Source of the DNA: Macrostomum lignano
Lineage: Eukaryota
DNA length: 64,000 nucleotides
Assembly: GCA_002269645.1 (NCBI GenBank)
Contig: NIVC01003661.1
Span: forward strand, 1-64,000
Direction: 5' to 3'
The position numbers and the translations under genes were made by a program. The notes below the pieces were generated by a model. It did no database searches. It was not told where the DNA came from and was given only the letters and a program-made list of their open reading frames with translations. This document shows positions 51,101 through 62,900 of the stretch, piece by piece; the first letter of the stretch is position 1; each line of letters starts with the position of its first letter.

Positions 51101-51626
51101 CTCCAAAAGCAATCCGCCCGCTCCAAAAGCAATCCGCTCTCTCCAAAAGCAATCCACCCACCTTTGCTCTACGCCGCCCGGTCCAGTTCTCCACGCCGGT
51201 GCAGCTGGGAGCGGTCGACTCCGATGCTTCATCAGCCGCCGCCTTGGCCCCGCCGGAAGCTGCGGGAAACGTCGCGGATGCCGGATGCAGCGGCATCAGG
51301 GGCCAGGCAAATTGAGGATGGTGAAAGAATGGATGCGGCAGAGCAGGAGCCAAATGCTGCTGCTGCTGGTGCTGCATCAGCCTCTCCAGCTGCTGCTGGG
51401 CGCTGGCCCTCAGTTTCGCCACCAAGCTGTCAATCATCTGGCTGAAGTCGCTGCTCAGCTGACGCTTCAACGAGTCGCCGAGGCCGCGCAACAGCAGGGG
51501 CTCCGGGAGGCCAGCCGGCTGTTGCTGGGGAGACAGTCGCGCCCGCTTGGCTGCCGGCTGCCTGGCTGAGTCGCTTGAGGCGGGCTGGCGGGAGCTGAGC
51601 AGCCGGCTGATGCAGTACTCGGTCAT
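48155..51626 (-). CDS. pros/PROX1: Prospero/PROX homeodomain transcription factor; exons ~51626(or 51767)-51162, 50768-50585, 50374-50190, 49188-49056, 48340-48155
   Basis: [54 protein letters not shown] (atypical homeodomain); Prospero domain [13 protein letters not shown]; N-terminal AKRAR and LGDSLKRQL....SQMID motifs. One frame inconsistency near 51240-51160. Confidence 0.95.
48355..48975. repeat. 46-48-bp repeat in the last prospero intron
   Basis: Unit GTGAATGATCCCTACAGATGACTGTGAAGAGTGAGTGAGAGAGGGT. Confidence 0.93.
49423..50166. repeat. (AGTC)n microsatellite
   Basis: Direct observation. Confidence 0.97.
50775..51160. repeat. 21-bp GGGGAATCCGCCCCTCCTGCT and 20-bp CTCCAAAAGCAATCCGCCCT repeats (prospero intron)
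   Basis: Lies between donor 51161 and acceptor 50769; produces QQEGRIP in the ORF track. Confidence 0.88.
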
Positions 51627-51914
51627 GGCTGTGGGATGCAGCTGTGCCTGGTTGGTGGGTAAAGACTGGACAGCTCTGGGGTCTGTCTGGCAGGCCACCC
51701 CTGTTAGCCTTCTTATTGTCTGGCTCGGGTTGAGGTGGTGGGGTGGGCTGCCCCCCTGCTTTCCCATTGGCTGGGAAGGGTTGTGGGACTGTGGAATCGA
51801 GGGGGGCACGTGCCCAGATCTGACCTCGATATGTCACCCCCTGCCCTGAGACCTGTCACTCTCAAGGCACAGATGGCATCACTGAGCATAAACCAGACAG
51901 CGTCCTGAAGATAG

Positions 51915-52208
51915 CATCAAATCTCATTTAACTCTATTAAATCTCATCCAAGCTCCATCGAATCTCATTTAAGCGCTATCAAATCTCATTTAAGCGCTAT
52001 CAAATCTCATTTAAGCTTTATCAAATCTCATTCAAGCTCTATCAAATCTAATTTAAGCTTTATCAAATCTCATTCAAGCTCTATCAAATCTCATTTAAGC
52101 GCTATCAAATCTAATTTAAGCTTTATCAAATCTCATTCAAGCTCTATCAAATCTCATTTAAGCGCTATCAAATCTCATTCAAACTCCATCAAATCTCATT
52201 CAAGCTCT
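51915..52208. repeat. 21-bp satellite ATCAAATCTCATTCAAGCTC(C/T), same family as 58283-59700
   Basis: Shared unit sequence. Confidence 0.9.
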
Positions 52209-52659
52209 CCATTCATTTAGGCCATAAATCATTGGGTAATGGCGCAATACTGACTTCAAATGACGATGCTATCTCGTGTCTAAGCGGCTTCTAGTGTTTG
52301 CCATAAGGGCGCCAGCTATTCGAATAAATATTGGACTGAACGCTGTTGACCCGAGAGCAGCCCTTCTGTTTTATCTGATGGCTTGCTGGTTGCCAGGGCA
52401 TCCAATTTAGGCTATCAAGGGAATTCCATTTGACGCAATGCCTGGCTCAAAAACAGCGTAAAATGGAGTGTCGAAACTACGATCGAAAATTCAATATAAA
52501 TTCCTGTAACGTTGCGCCAAGTCGTCCCGTGAACGGTTCGTGTCCCGAAGGTCGAATCCTTTGGACTTGAGGACTCAATGGCGAATTGAGGAAATCTTGA
52601 CAAGCTGTCAAGCCGTTTTCACCAGCATTGACCTTCAGAAGTTACTTTTTATAGTTGGC

Positions 52660-53565
52660 AAGAGGTTTGGCGCCACCTCACAGCAGGTTTGGCGCCACCT
52701 CACAGCAGGTTTGGTGCTGGCGCCCTTGGTGCTGGCGCCGCTCTGGTGCTGGCGCCGCTTTGGTGCTGGCGCCCCTTGGTGCTGGCGCCCTTGGTGCTGG
52801 CGCCCCTTGGTGCTGGCGCCCCTTGGTGCTGGCGCCCCTTGGTGCTGGCGCCCCTTGGTGCTGGCGCCCCTTGGTGCTGGCGCCCCTTGGTGCTGGCGCC
52901 CCTTGGTGCTGGCGCCCCTTGGTGCTGGCGCCCCTTGGTGCTGGCGCCCCTTGGTGCTGGCGCCCCTTGGTGCTGGCGCCCCTTGGTGCTGGCGCCCCTT
53001 GGTGCTGGCGCCCCTTGGTGCTGGCGCCCCTTGGTGCTGGCACCCTTGGTGCTGGCGCCCCTTGGTGCTGGCGCCCCTTGGTGCTGGCGCCCCTTGGTGC
53101 TGGCGCCCCTTGGTGCTGGCGCCCCTTGGTGCTGGCGCCCCTTGGTGCTGGCGCCCCTTGGTGCTGGCGCCCCTTGGTGCTGGCGCCCCTTGGTGCTGGC
53201 GCCCCTTGGTGCTGGCGCCCCTTGGTGCTGGCGCCCCTTGGTGCTGGCGCCCCTTGGTGCTGGCGCCCCTTGGTGCTGGCGCCCCTTGGTGCTGGCGCCC
53301 CTTGGTGCTGGCGCCCTTGGTGCTGGCGCCCCTTGGTGCTGGCGCCCCTTGGTGCTGGCGCCCCTTGGTGCTGGCGCCCCTTGGTGCTGGCGCCCCTTGG
53401 TGCTGGCGCCCCTTGGTGCTGGCGCCCCTTGGTGCTGGCGCCCCTTGGTGCTGGCGCCCCTTGGTGCTGGCGCCCCTTGGTGCTGGCGCCCCTTGGTGCT
53501 GGCGCCCCTTGGTGCTGGCGCCCCTTGGTGCTGGCGCCCCTTGGTGCTGGCGCCCCTTGGTGCTA
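52660..53565. repeat. 16-bp repeat CCCCTTGGTGCTGGCG
   Basis: About 55 copies; accounts for six overlapping ORFs. Confidence 0.97.
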
Positions 53566-54361
53566 GGGTCCCCAAAAGACGCACTCCCAATCAAGGATGC
53601 TGGCTAGACCCTGCTGTATCACAATTTTTCAGTGTGGCTTTTCAAAACACACAGCAACCGGCTAATCCAGGCACGGGGGCGGTGGGAACCCTGCCAAGCA
53701 CAGCTGGAGGGCAACTCTTAGATGACTCAGTCAGGGGCCTCGCAGGTTTCCTCGTATCCAAGGCCCCTCTCCCACCGTCCGCTGTCTCTTAGCGGCGCCT
53801 TGGGAGAAATGTCCCGCTTTTTAACAAGTGCCGTCGCGTGATGCGGGCTTCGGTCTGAGCCTTGAAGAGGCGGCCGCGGAGACATGAGGGCCCGGGGACT
53901 TGAAAATAGGGGGACTCTTAAGAAAATGGATTGGATTGGAGTTTCAAGGCGCCAGCTTGGTTAGCGCCGATGCGGGCGGGCCTGGGAAACTCGGAGCTCG
54001 GAGGAGCTGTGAATGGAGTGATGGAATTAGTCAAGCGGGCCTGAGGCCTCACCACTTAGTTCGAATAGCTTGAATTATAATTCAGGAGGTGTCAAAAAAG
54101 CCATAGAATATGCCAGTTTCCTATCATGTCCTCCAGTCGGGCTGGAAGCAAAACTTTCATAAAGTTTTATGACGACCTTTTATGACGCTAATTGCGAGTA
54201 TTTATCATGGCTGCATAGGCAAAACTTTTGGCAGCCACGCGCTGTCACACGCCAAAATGGACAGCCGTGTGTTTGTAAATGGAAGTGAAAGACAAAGAGA
54301 AGAGGCCAGGAGCATCCAAATTGACCGGCAACTTGCGTACGCTCATAGCGACAGTGAAAAC

Positions 54362-55110
54362 CGCAGAGGGAGAGAGGGAGAGAGGGAGAGAGAGAGGGGG
54401 AGAGGGAGAGATAGAGGGAAAGGGAGAGGGAGAGATAGAGGGAGAGGGAGAAGAAGAGGGAGAGAGAGGGGGGAGGGAGAGGGAGAGGGAGAGAGGGAGA
54501 GGGAGAGGGAGAGAGGGAGAGGGAGAGGGAGAGAGGGAGAGGGAAAGAGGGAGAGAGGGAGAGAGGGAGAGGGAGAGAGGGAGAGGGAGAGGGAGGAGAG
54601 AGAGAAGGAGAGGAGTGAGAGAGAGAGAGAGAGAGGGAGAGAGGGAGAGGGAGAGGGAGAGAGGGAGAGGGAAAGAGGGAGAGAGGGAGAGGGAAATAGG
54701 GAGAGAGGGAGAGAGGGAGAGGGAGAGAGGGAGAGGGAGAGGGAGAAGGAGAGAGAGAAGGAGAGGAGTGAGAGAGAGAGAGAGGGAGAGAGGGAGAGAG
54801 AGAGGGAGAGAGGGAGAGAGGGAGAGAAAGAGGGAGAGGGAGAGGGAGAGGGAGAGAGGGAGGGGGAGAGAAGGAGAGGAGTGAGAGGGAGAGAGAGAGA
54901 GGGAGAGAGGGAGAGAGGGGGGAGAGAGAGGGGGAGAGAGAGAGTGAGAGAAGGAGGGAGAGAGAGAGGGAGAGGAAGAGAGGGAGAGGGAGAGGGAGAG
55001 AGGGAGGGGGAGAGAAGGAGAGGAGTGAGAGGGAGAGAGAGGGAGAGAGAGGGAGAGAGGGAGAGAGGGAGAGAGGGAGAGAGGGAGAGGGAGAGAGGGA
55101 GAGGGAGAGG

Positions 55111-55176
<66 letters not shown>

Positions 55177-55205
55177 GAGAGAAGGGGAGAGAGAGAGAGA
55201 GAGAG
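54362..55205. repeat. (GA/GGA)-rich polypurine tract
   Basis: About 840 bp, almost exclusively A/G. Confidence 0.95.
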
Positions 55206-56995
55206 AGGAAGCAGAGATAGTGGCAGGACGGGAGTTGTCAGAATTAGGAGGCGGACCTCTTACTAAGCGGGCAGCTTAAGAAAGGGCCACAGAAAAGCTC
55301 AGAAGCATACAAGAGAACAATTCAGTCGTCTATAATAAACACCCTTTAAAATCTGCATTCACGACCGGGACATGCGCAGGCTACGGCAGTAATTAGGGTG
55401 GTGTTGCGCAACCCGAGCCAAGCGGCAGATACGAGCAGGGCCCGCATGAGCTCTGACAGTCGCACACAGTAAAATGAATGAATAATTTTGCCAGCGATGA
55501 AGGGGAGAGCCGGCCTGTGCAATATGATGACAGGGCACGGACTGATTGGGATCTGCTCGAGCGCGTGGCCAAACTGTGGATAAATGATAATAGTTGATGC
55601 ATTGGGTCACGCCTGAGATCGGTTGAGCCAGACTCGTGGCGTGCTAATTCCTTATGCGGGTCGCACGCACAGACTGAAGCCTTGAGTCTCGTTCCATTGT
55701 TGACTGAGCTGAGTTTTAAAGAGTTTAAAGTTTGTAGAATACAAGCCATTGTTCTACTTTTTAGCCACTTTTTAGCTACTTGTAAGCCACTATAAAAGTT
55801 CCAACTGCAACTGGAAGTCAATTTCATTTTCATGTCCTGTTCTCATAAAAGATCTTTGGTCTCGCGGTTTGCTAATCTAAACCACGGATAGATGGGCCAC
55901 TGGGGCATGCTTTAGTAAAACAGCTTTTCTACTTTCAGTTCAGTAGCAAAGAAGAATACATAAGCTATTTTATAGAAATAAAGGCAGCTGAAATTACTTT
56001 AATAAGTTTAGAAGCTCAAGCTTGCAGTCGTAAACAGCTTGCTAATTGGTTCAGCAGTAATGTACATTAACCAGTAAACTGAAATGTACATGGCAGTTTT
56101 AGGCTGGAATTCCGAGAAAGCCAATAAAAATTGGGGCGGGACGAGGGTTAGTAGAAAGGCGCGATTGGAGAGTTTAGGTACGTAGAAGTTGGGGGCAAGA
56201 GCCAATAAATGAGCCTTGGCTTTGAAAATACATTGAAATGCTTCTGTTTAACTTGCTACTGACCTGAAAGTAGCTTACACGCAAATGTGCTGAGTGGGCT
56301 ATCTACCATCTATTTAAGGTAGTTGTTCCAGTATCGGTGATCTAAACTGCGACTTGAATTCTGGATTATTGGAAACTTCCAACCCAAAGCGTAAATAATA
56401 ATTCAAGAGTAATATTTGTAATTTTTTCAAATATAATTTTAATCTGCGCGATAAATACACTACATAGCCAATTGAACTTTTATTTATCATCTTCTGTAGG
56501 AGTCTAAGTGCAGGTGCCAGGCTATCAGTGAAAACTATAATAATATTTATCACTATCAGCAGAAGAACAAGTGAAAAATCACGCAGAATCCGGGGGACAC
56601 GCGGGATTATAGAGTACAATAAATTATTCGGAAAGTTATACTCACTACAGCGGTCTACAGTAATTGATAAGGTAAGGCATGGTTGAATACAGCTGTGCCG
56701 AATCAGCCCGGAGCATGGGGGATCGGAACTGGAAAAAAAACTTTTAAAAGAATCCGAAAAATGTTGCCAGACATTTTTCACCTTAAAGCGCAGAAAAAAT
56801 TCACAAATTTATCAATCAAGCTACTCTACTGAGAGTAGAAATATGCGAAAATCATTGACGAAATGTATCAGGCGGAGAAAAAAGACGCACAACAAAAAGA
56901 ATACCAATTATTAGAGGAGAAAAATATGCGAACAGCTGGACAGAAAATTAGTCACGTGATGCTCCTCAATCTGGCTTTTGATAGGTCCATCGCTC

Positions 56996-59900
56996 TCAGG
57001 ACTCCGCTGTGAGCTCTGATTCGTGCGGCAGGCCCTGGGCAAGATAAACAGGTGCTGAATGAATGCGCGAGCCAAATTAACTGTGCGATGATGATGCAAC
57101 CGTGACAGAAAATAAAAGTGCAAATGCTGGTCGGCTCCAGTGCAGGATGCACCTCTAATACGCAGGAACTCAAGTATCTGTATTCTAACTGCCTAATCGG
57201 GTAATTTGTGAGCTCGGTATTCGACAGTAAAACAAGCTTTTAATTCTTGTAAAACGAACCAAAAACTTTCCAAGTGACGTGCTGTGAAAAATAAGAAAAC
57301 AGCTAAGGGATGCTACTTTAAGTAGGCGATTCTCGGGCATTCAACGCTTTATCTGGCTGAAATTACAAATATTTATGATATGCAATGATGTAGATAATGA
57401 GGATGGATCGAAGTGCTGAGAGGAGATGCATAAACCAAAAAAACTTGACTCACCAGGGTGCTTTCCAGATTCACGAGCCTGGATGAGGCACTTGACAGGT
57501 CCTTCTCGCGCGACATTAGCTCGGCTTTGAGAGTTCGAATCTCGTAGTCTTTTCGCTTGATTTTCTCTCGGATCGCCCGCTTCTTGGCCTCCTCCTGGGT
57601 GACCGCAGTGTGAGCAGGGATTGGTCACTCACTCACTCACTCACTCACTCACTCACTCACTCACTCACTCACTCACTCACTCACTCACTCACTCACTCAC
57701 TCACTCACTCACTCACTCACTCACTCACTCACTCACTCACTCACTCACTCACTCACTCACTCACTCACTCACTCACTCACTCACTCACTCACTCACTCAC
57801 TCACTCACTCACTCACTCACTCACTCACTCACTCACTCACTCACTCACTCACTCACTCACTCACTCACTCACTCACTCACTCACTCACTCACTCACTCAC
57901 TCACTCACTCACTCAGCCAGCCAAAACTCACCTTGGCATGCACATCCTCAGGCGGGCAGTGGGCGCCCCCGCTGGCGCCGGCCCCCAGGCTGCCCCTGGC
58001 CGTGGTGGCTGCCAGGTTCTGCCCGGAGTGCAGCGCCTTCTTCTGCTTGATGGCCGTGTTGAGTCGCTTCTCCTGGTTGAGCACGTCCTTTGTCCGGCTG
58101 AGGCTCTCGCGCAGCAGGTCGACCTCTTCGCCGCGAGATCGCAGGTCCTGGGCCAGGCTGTCCACCTGGTTGAATGGGTAATATGTTAATTTCGGTACAT
58201 ATCGGTAGTGCATACCCTACCGATGCATACACAATGCATACACTAGACTAATATAGTTAATTTAGTGCTAAAACTTTAAAAATCAAATCTCATCCAAGCT
58301 CCATCAAATCTCATCCAAGCTCCATCAAATCTCATCCAAGCTCCATCAAATCTCATCCAAGCTCCAATAAAAATTCATTCAAGCTCCATCAAATCTCATT
58401 CAAGCTCCATTAAATCTCATTCAAGCTCCATCAAATCTCATTCAAGCTCCATCATATCTCATTCAAGCTCTATAAAATCCCATTCAAGATCTATCTCAAA
58501 TCTCATTCAAGCTCCATCAAATTTCATCCAAGCTCCATCAAATCTCATTCAAGCTCCATTAAATCTCATTCAAGCTCTATAAAATCCCATTCAAGATCTA
58601 TCTCAAATCTCATTCAAGCTCCATCAAATCTCATCCAAGCTCCATCAAATCTCATCCAAGCTTCATCAAATCTCATTCAAGCTCTATAAAATCCCATTCA
58701 AGATCTATCTCAAATCTCATTCAAGCTCCATCAAATCTCATCCAAGCTCCATCAAATCTCATCCAAGCTCCATCAAATCTCATCCAAGCTCCATCAAATC
58801 TCATCCAAGCTTCATCAAATCTCATTCAAGCTCTATAAAATCCCATTCAAGATCTATCTCAAATCTCATTCAAGCTCCATCAAATCTCATCCAAGCTCCA
58901 TCAAATCTCATCCAAGCTCCATCAAATCTCATCCAAGCTCCATCAAACCTCATCCAAGCTCCATCAAATCTCATTCAAGCTTCATCAAATCTCATTCAAG
59001 CTCTATAAAATCCCATTCAAGATCTATCTCAAATCTCATTCAAGCTCCATCAAATCTCATCCAAGCTCCATCAAATCTCATCCAAGCTCCATCAAATCTC
59101 ATCCAAGCTCCATCAAATCTCATCCAAGCTTCATCAAATCTCATTCAAGCTCTATAAAATCCCATTCAAGATCTATCTCAAATCTCATTCAAGCTCCATC
59201 AAATCTCATCCAAGCTCCATCAAATCTCATCCAAGCTCCATCAAATCTCATCCAAGCTCCATCAAACCTCATCCAAGCTCTATCAAATCTCATTCAAGCT
59301 CTATAAAATCCCATTCAAGATCTATCTCAAATCTCATTCAAGCTCCATCAAATCTCATCCAAGCTCTATAAAATCCCATTCAAGATCTATCTCAAATCTC
59401 ATTCAAGCTCCATCAAATCTCATCCAAGCTCCATCAAATCTCATCCAAGCTCCATCAAATCTCATTCAAGCTCCATCAAATCTCATCCAAGCTCCATCAA
59501 ATCTCATCCAAGCTCCATCAAATCTCATTCAAGCTCCATCAAATCTCATCCAAGCTCCATCAAATCTCATCCAAGCTCCATCAAATCTCATCCAAGCTCC
59601 ATCAAATCTCATCCAAGCTCCATCAAATCTCATCCAAGCTCCATCAAATCTCATTCAAGCTCTATAAAATCCCATTCAAGATCTATCTCAAATCTCATTT
59701 ATCTATCAAATTCTCTTACTCTTTCTCCACCTCACTCTAGCGGAACGGGTGTTAACACCTTCCTTCTGTATTCGGATGCCCGGAGCCCCCTGCAACGCCC
59801 CCCTCACTCCCTTACCCACCCCATTCCCTCACTCACCCCATTCCCTCACCCACCCCACTCCATCAACCACCTCACTTCCTCATCAAATACATCGGTAGTG

Positions 59901-62900
59901 AGACTTGGCATCAGCAAGGGCTTTGCCGCATGGATTAAGTAAACTGAAGCCTGGAACTGCACCTGGATGGTAACTACACTACCAGTGCCGAAGGTTCGCT
60001 AAATCTTCTTTTCTCCACCTGCTTTCCGCAGGTTGACGAACCGGAGTACGTGGTCGATGACCACAGGCCTTGTGATCACAAGCTTTTCCAGCAGTGCGCC
60101 ACCCCCCAGCTACTCCAGCTGGCAGCAAATTCTTTTAAACCGTATAAATCGTCTGGCCCTGACAATATCGCCCCCTGTATCCTGCAGGAGGCGCTAAAGC
60201 TGCAAAACTTTGCTGATTCTTTCTCTAAATTGCTTGTTGACTGTTATACCACAGGTTACATTCCCACAATCTGGAGAATGTCCAGAGTCGTGTTCATCCC
60301 GAAACCTGCTAAGGGTGACTACACCAACGTGAAATCCTTCCGGCCCATCAGCCTCACTTCCTTTTGTGTTAAGCTGATGGAGAGGCTCATCCTGTGGAGG
60401 CTTCGAGAGTGCGACCTGCGCTCCGACCCTGTCAGTAAGTACCAGTACGCCTTCCAGCCTGGGAGGACGACTGAGCATGCTCTCCACGCCATTACCTCCA
60501 AAATTGAGAGTGCCATCCTTAGCAAACAACTCGCTTGCGGGTTGTTCGTTGACTTCGAAGGAGCATTTGACAATGTCCTCTTCCGCTCCTTCAGAAATTC
60601 TCTTTCCCGCAGGAATGTTAGACACAGCATTGTTCGCTGGATTTATTTTATGATCCGCAAAAGGTTTGTGACATCCACACTTATGGGCGTTACCCTCACC
60701 CGGGCGGTGATGAAAGGCGGCCCGCAAGGTGGCGTGCTAACTCCACTTCTCTGGAATCTCGTCATGGACGAACTTCTAACCGCTGACATTCCCAGCAGTA
60801 TCACCAGGGCGGGCTACGCCGATGACGTTGCCGCGGTCGTCAGCGGACCCGACCCCGCCACTCTGCGCAACCTGATGCAGCAATTCGCCGACAAGGCGGC
60901 CGACTGGGCTACACAGCATGGCCTAAAAATCAGCGTCACTAAGACTGTCGCTGTCGTTTTCACCAAGCGCCGTAAGTGGGAGATGAAAAACCTCACTGTC
61001 TATGGCAGAAACATCCCCTTCAAGAAGGAGGTCAAATACCTCGGTGTGACGCTAACGCATGACCTGCGCTGGACGAAGCACCTTGATAACGTCATCGGTC
61101 GGGCAAAACGCTGCTTTGCCCAGCTGCGCAGAGCCATCGGGCCGACTTGGGGCCTCTCGCCTAGAACGGTCCGTTGGATTTATACCGGCATCATCCGGCC
61201 CAGTATCACATACGCGAGTCTCATCTGGACTAGCGTGCTGGAGCAGAAGGCCGCCCGTCAGCGGCTGTACCAGCTTCAGGGCAGCATTTGCCGTGCCATC
61301 ACAGGTGCGTACCCGTCCACCCCTTACGAGGGGCTGAACACTATCCTTAACCTACCTCCGCTTCACCTATTTATTAGGGCGGAGGCTATGAAGTCTGCCT
61401 CCCGGCTTATCAGAGATAAAACGTTAAATAACGCGCCCTCTGGCTTTATGCCAATGAAAACATTAATCCCGCATATGGACTTTGTCCGCCGCGACCTTAA
61501 CAACATCCACATGGACCTGGGCAATGTGGATAGTCGACCTCCCGCCCTCAACATCAGGAGGGGCTTCAAGACCGCCATCCCTGGCCGAGACAACATTCCG
61601 CTGGATGTCGGTGTGAACCGGCGCAGCCAGGGCATTCACTGCTTCACCGACGGCTCGCTGTTCAACGGCCGCGCTGGAGCGGGTATTGCCATTTTCCACG
61701 AGGGTAAGATGCTTCTCCAGGAAAGTCTGCACCTCGGTGAGAACACCTCAGTTTTCCAAGCTGAAATTTGCGCCATTGAGCAGTGTGCCCAGCAACTGTT
61801 TCAGGCGAACATTAATAATTTTGACATTAATTTCTACACTGATAGCCAAGCTGCTATTAAGGCCTTAACCACTGAGAATATCTCCGCTGCTACAGTATCT
61901 CAATGCCACCGCAGTGTGCAATCTCTCTCAGTCCTTAACAGGATTAGAATTATCTGGACACCTGGTCACAGCAACATCCTGGGCAACGAGCTCGCGGACT
62001 CTCTCGCCAAGGAGGGCAGCAACCCAGACGGCAACCACCGTCTGATGAGGCTACCCACCCCCAGGTCGCAAGTCACCCGCCATATCAACAGGTGGCTCCA
62101 TCAGCAGCACCAGCTCCACTGGAACAGCTGCACCGAGTACAGGCAGAGCCGCTCTGCCATGCCTAACCTGAACAGGAAAGTCTCTGATTATCTGATTTCG
62201 CTTAACAGAACCGACCTCAGGGAGATGTGCATGGTCCTAACCGGCCACGGATTCTTCCAGAGACATATATCGTTGCAAACCGGTTGCCCTCCCACCTGTC
62301 CCTTCTGTGGCATAGGAGAGGAGACCGCGGAGCATCACGTCACCTTCTGCCCTTACTTCAACAAGGCGCGGCACAAATACCTCGGCCACCCCAGCGGATG
62401 GACGAGCTGACCACCGCGGACAATATCCGAGACCTCCGCGCCTTCGTCCGGGACTCCGGCCGGATGAGGGTCGCCGATGCCTCCACTGCGGACCTGCCGA
62501 CTACTGGCGGGGACTGGGCGCACCCCCAAGGCTAATCCTTGTGCTCTTTTACCTTGGGGTTGCGATAGGGGCCTCGCGGCCTATTCGCGGCGCCTGCGCC
62601 CCCCGTCAGTAGTAAGTAAGTAAGTAAACTGAAGCCAACCAATCACTAGGCTAATATAATGAGTTTAGTGCTGAAGCTCAGAAAACTCCCTGACTCGCCG
62701 GTGCATTTTCGCTGACAAACCGGCTTTCCAGCGAGATTCGCTCACCTGATGGCTCCTCTTGCCCGCCAGCTCCTCGGCCTGCCGCAGCTTGGCCAGGTCC
62801 CTCTCGTATCCCTGCAGGAGGTCCTCCTTGCGGCCCAGGCGCTCCTTGAACAGCCGCACCCGCTGGGTCAGCAGGCTGGCCGCCTCCTCCCGCTCCCGGG

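Noticed and set aside
52540-53792. Six overlapping 120-370-aa ORFs
   Set aside because: Stop-free 16-bp repeat; no coding signal.
54182-55279. 365-aa Glu/Arg/Gly ORF
   Set aside because: Polypurine repeat artefact.
55359-56781. AT-rich ORFs of 65-155 aa
   Set aside because: No recognisable domains or transposase motifs.
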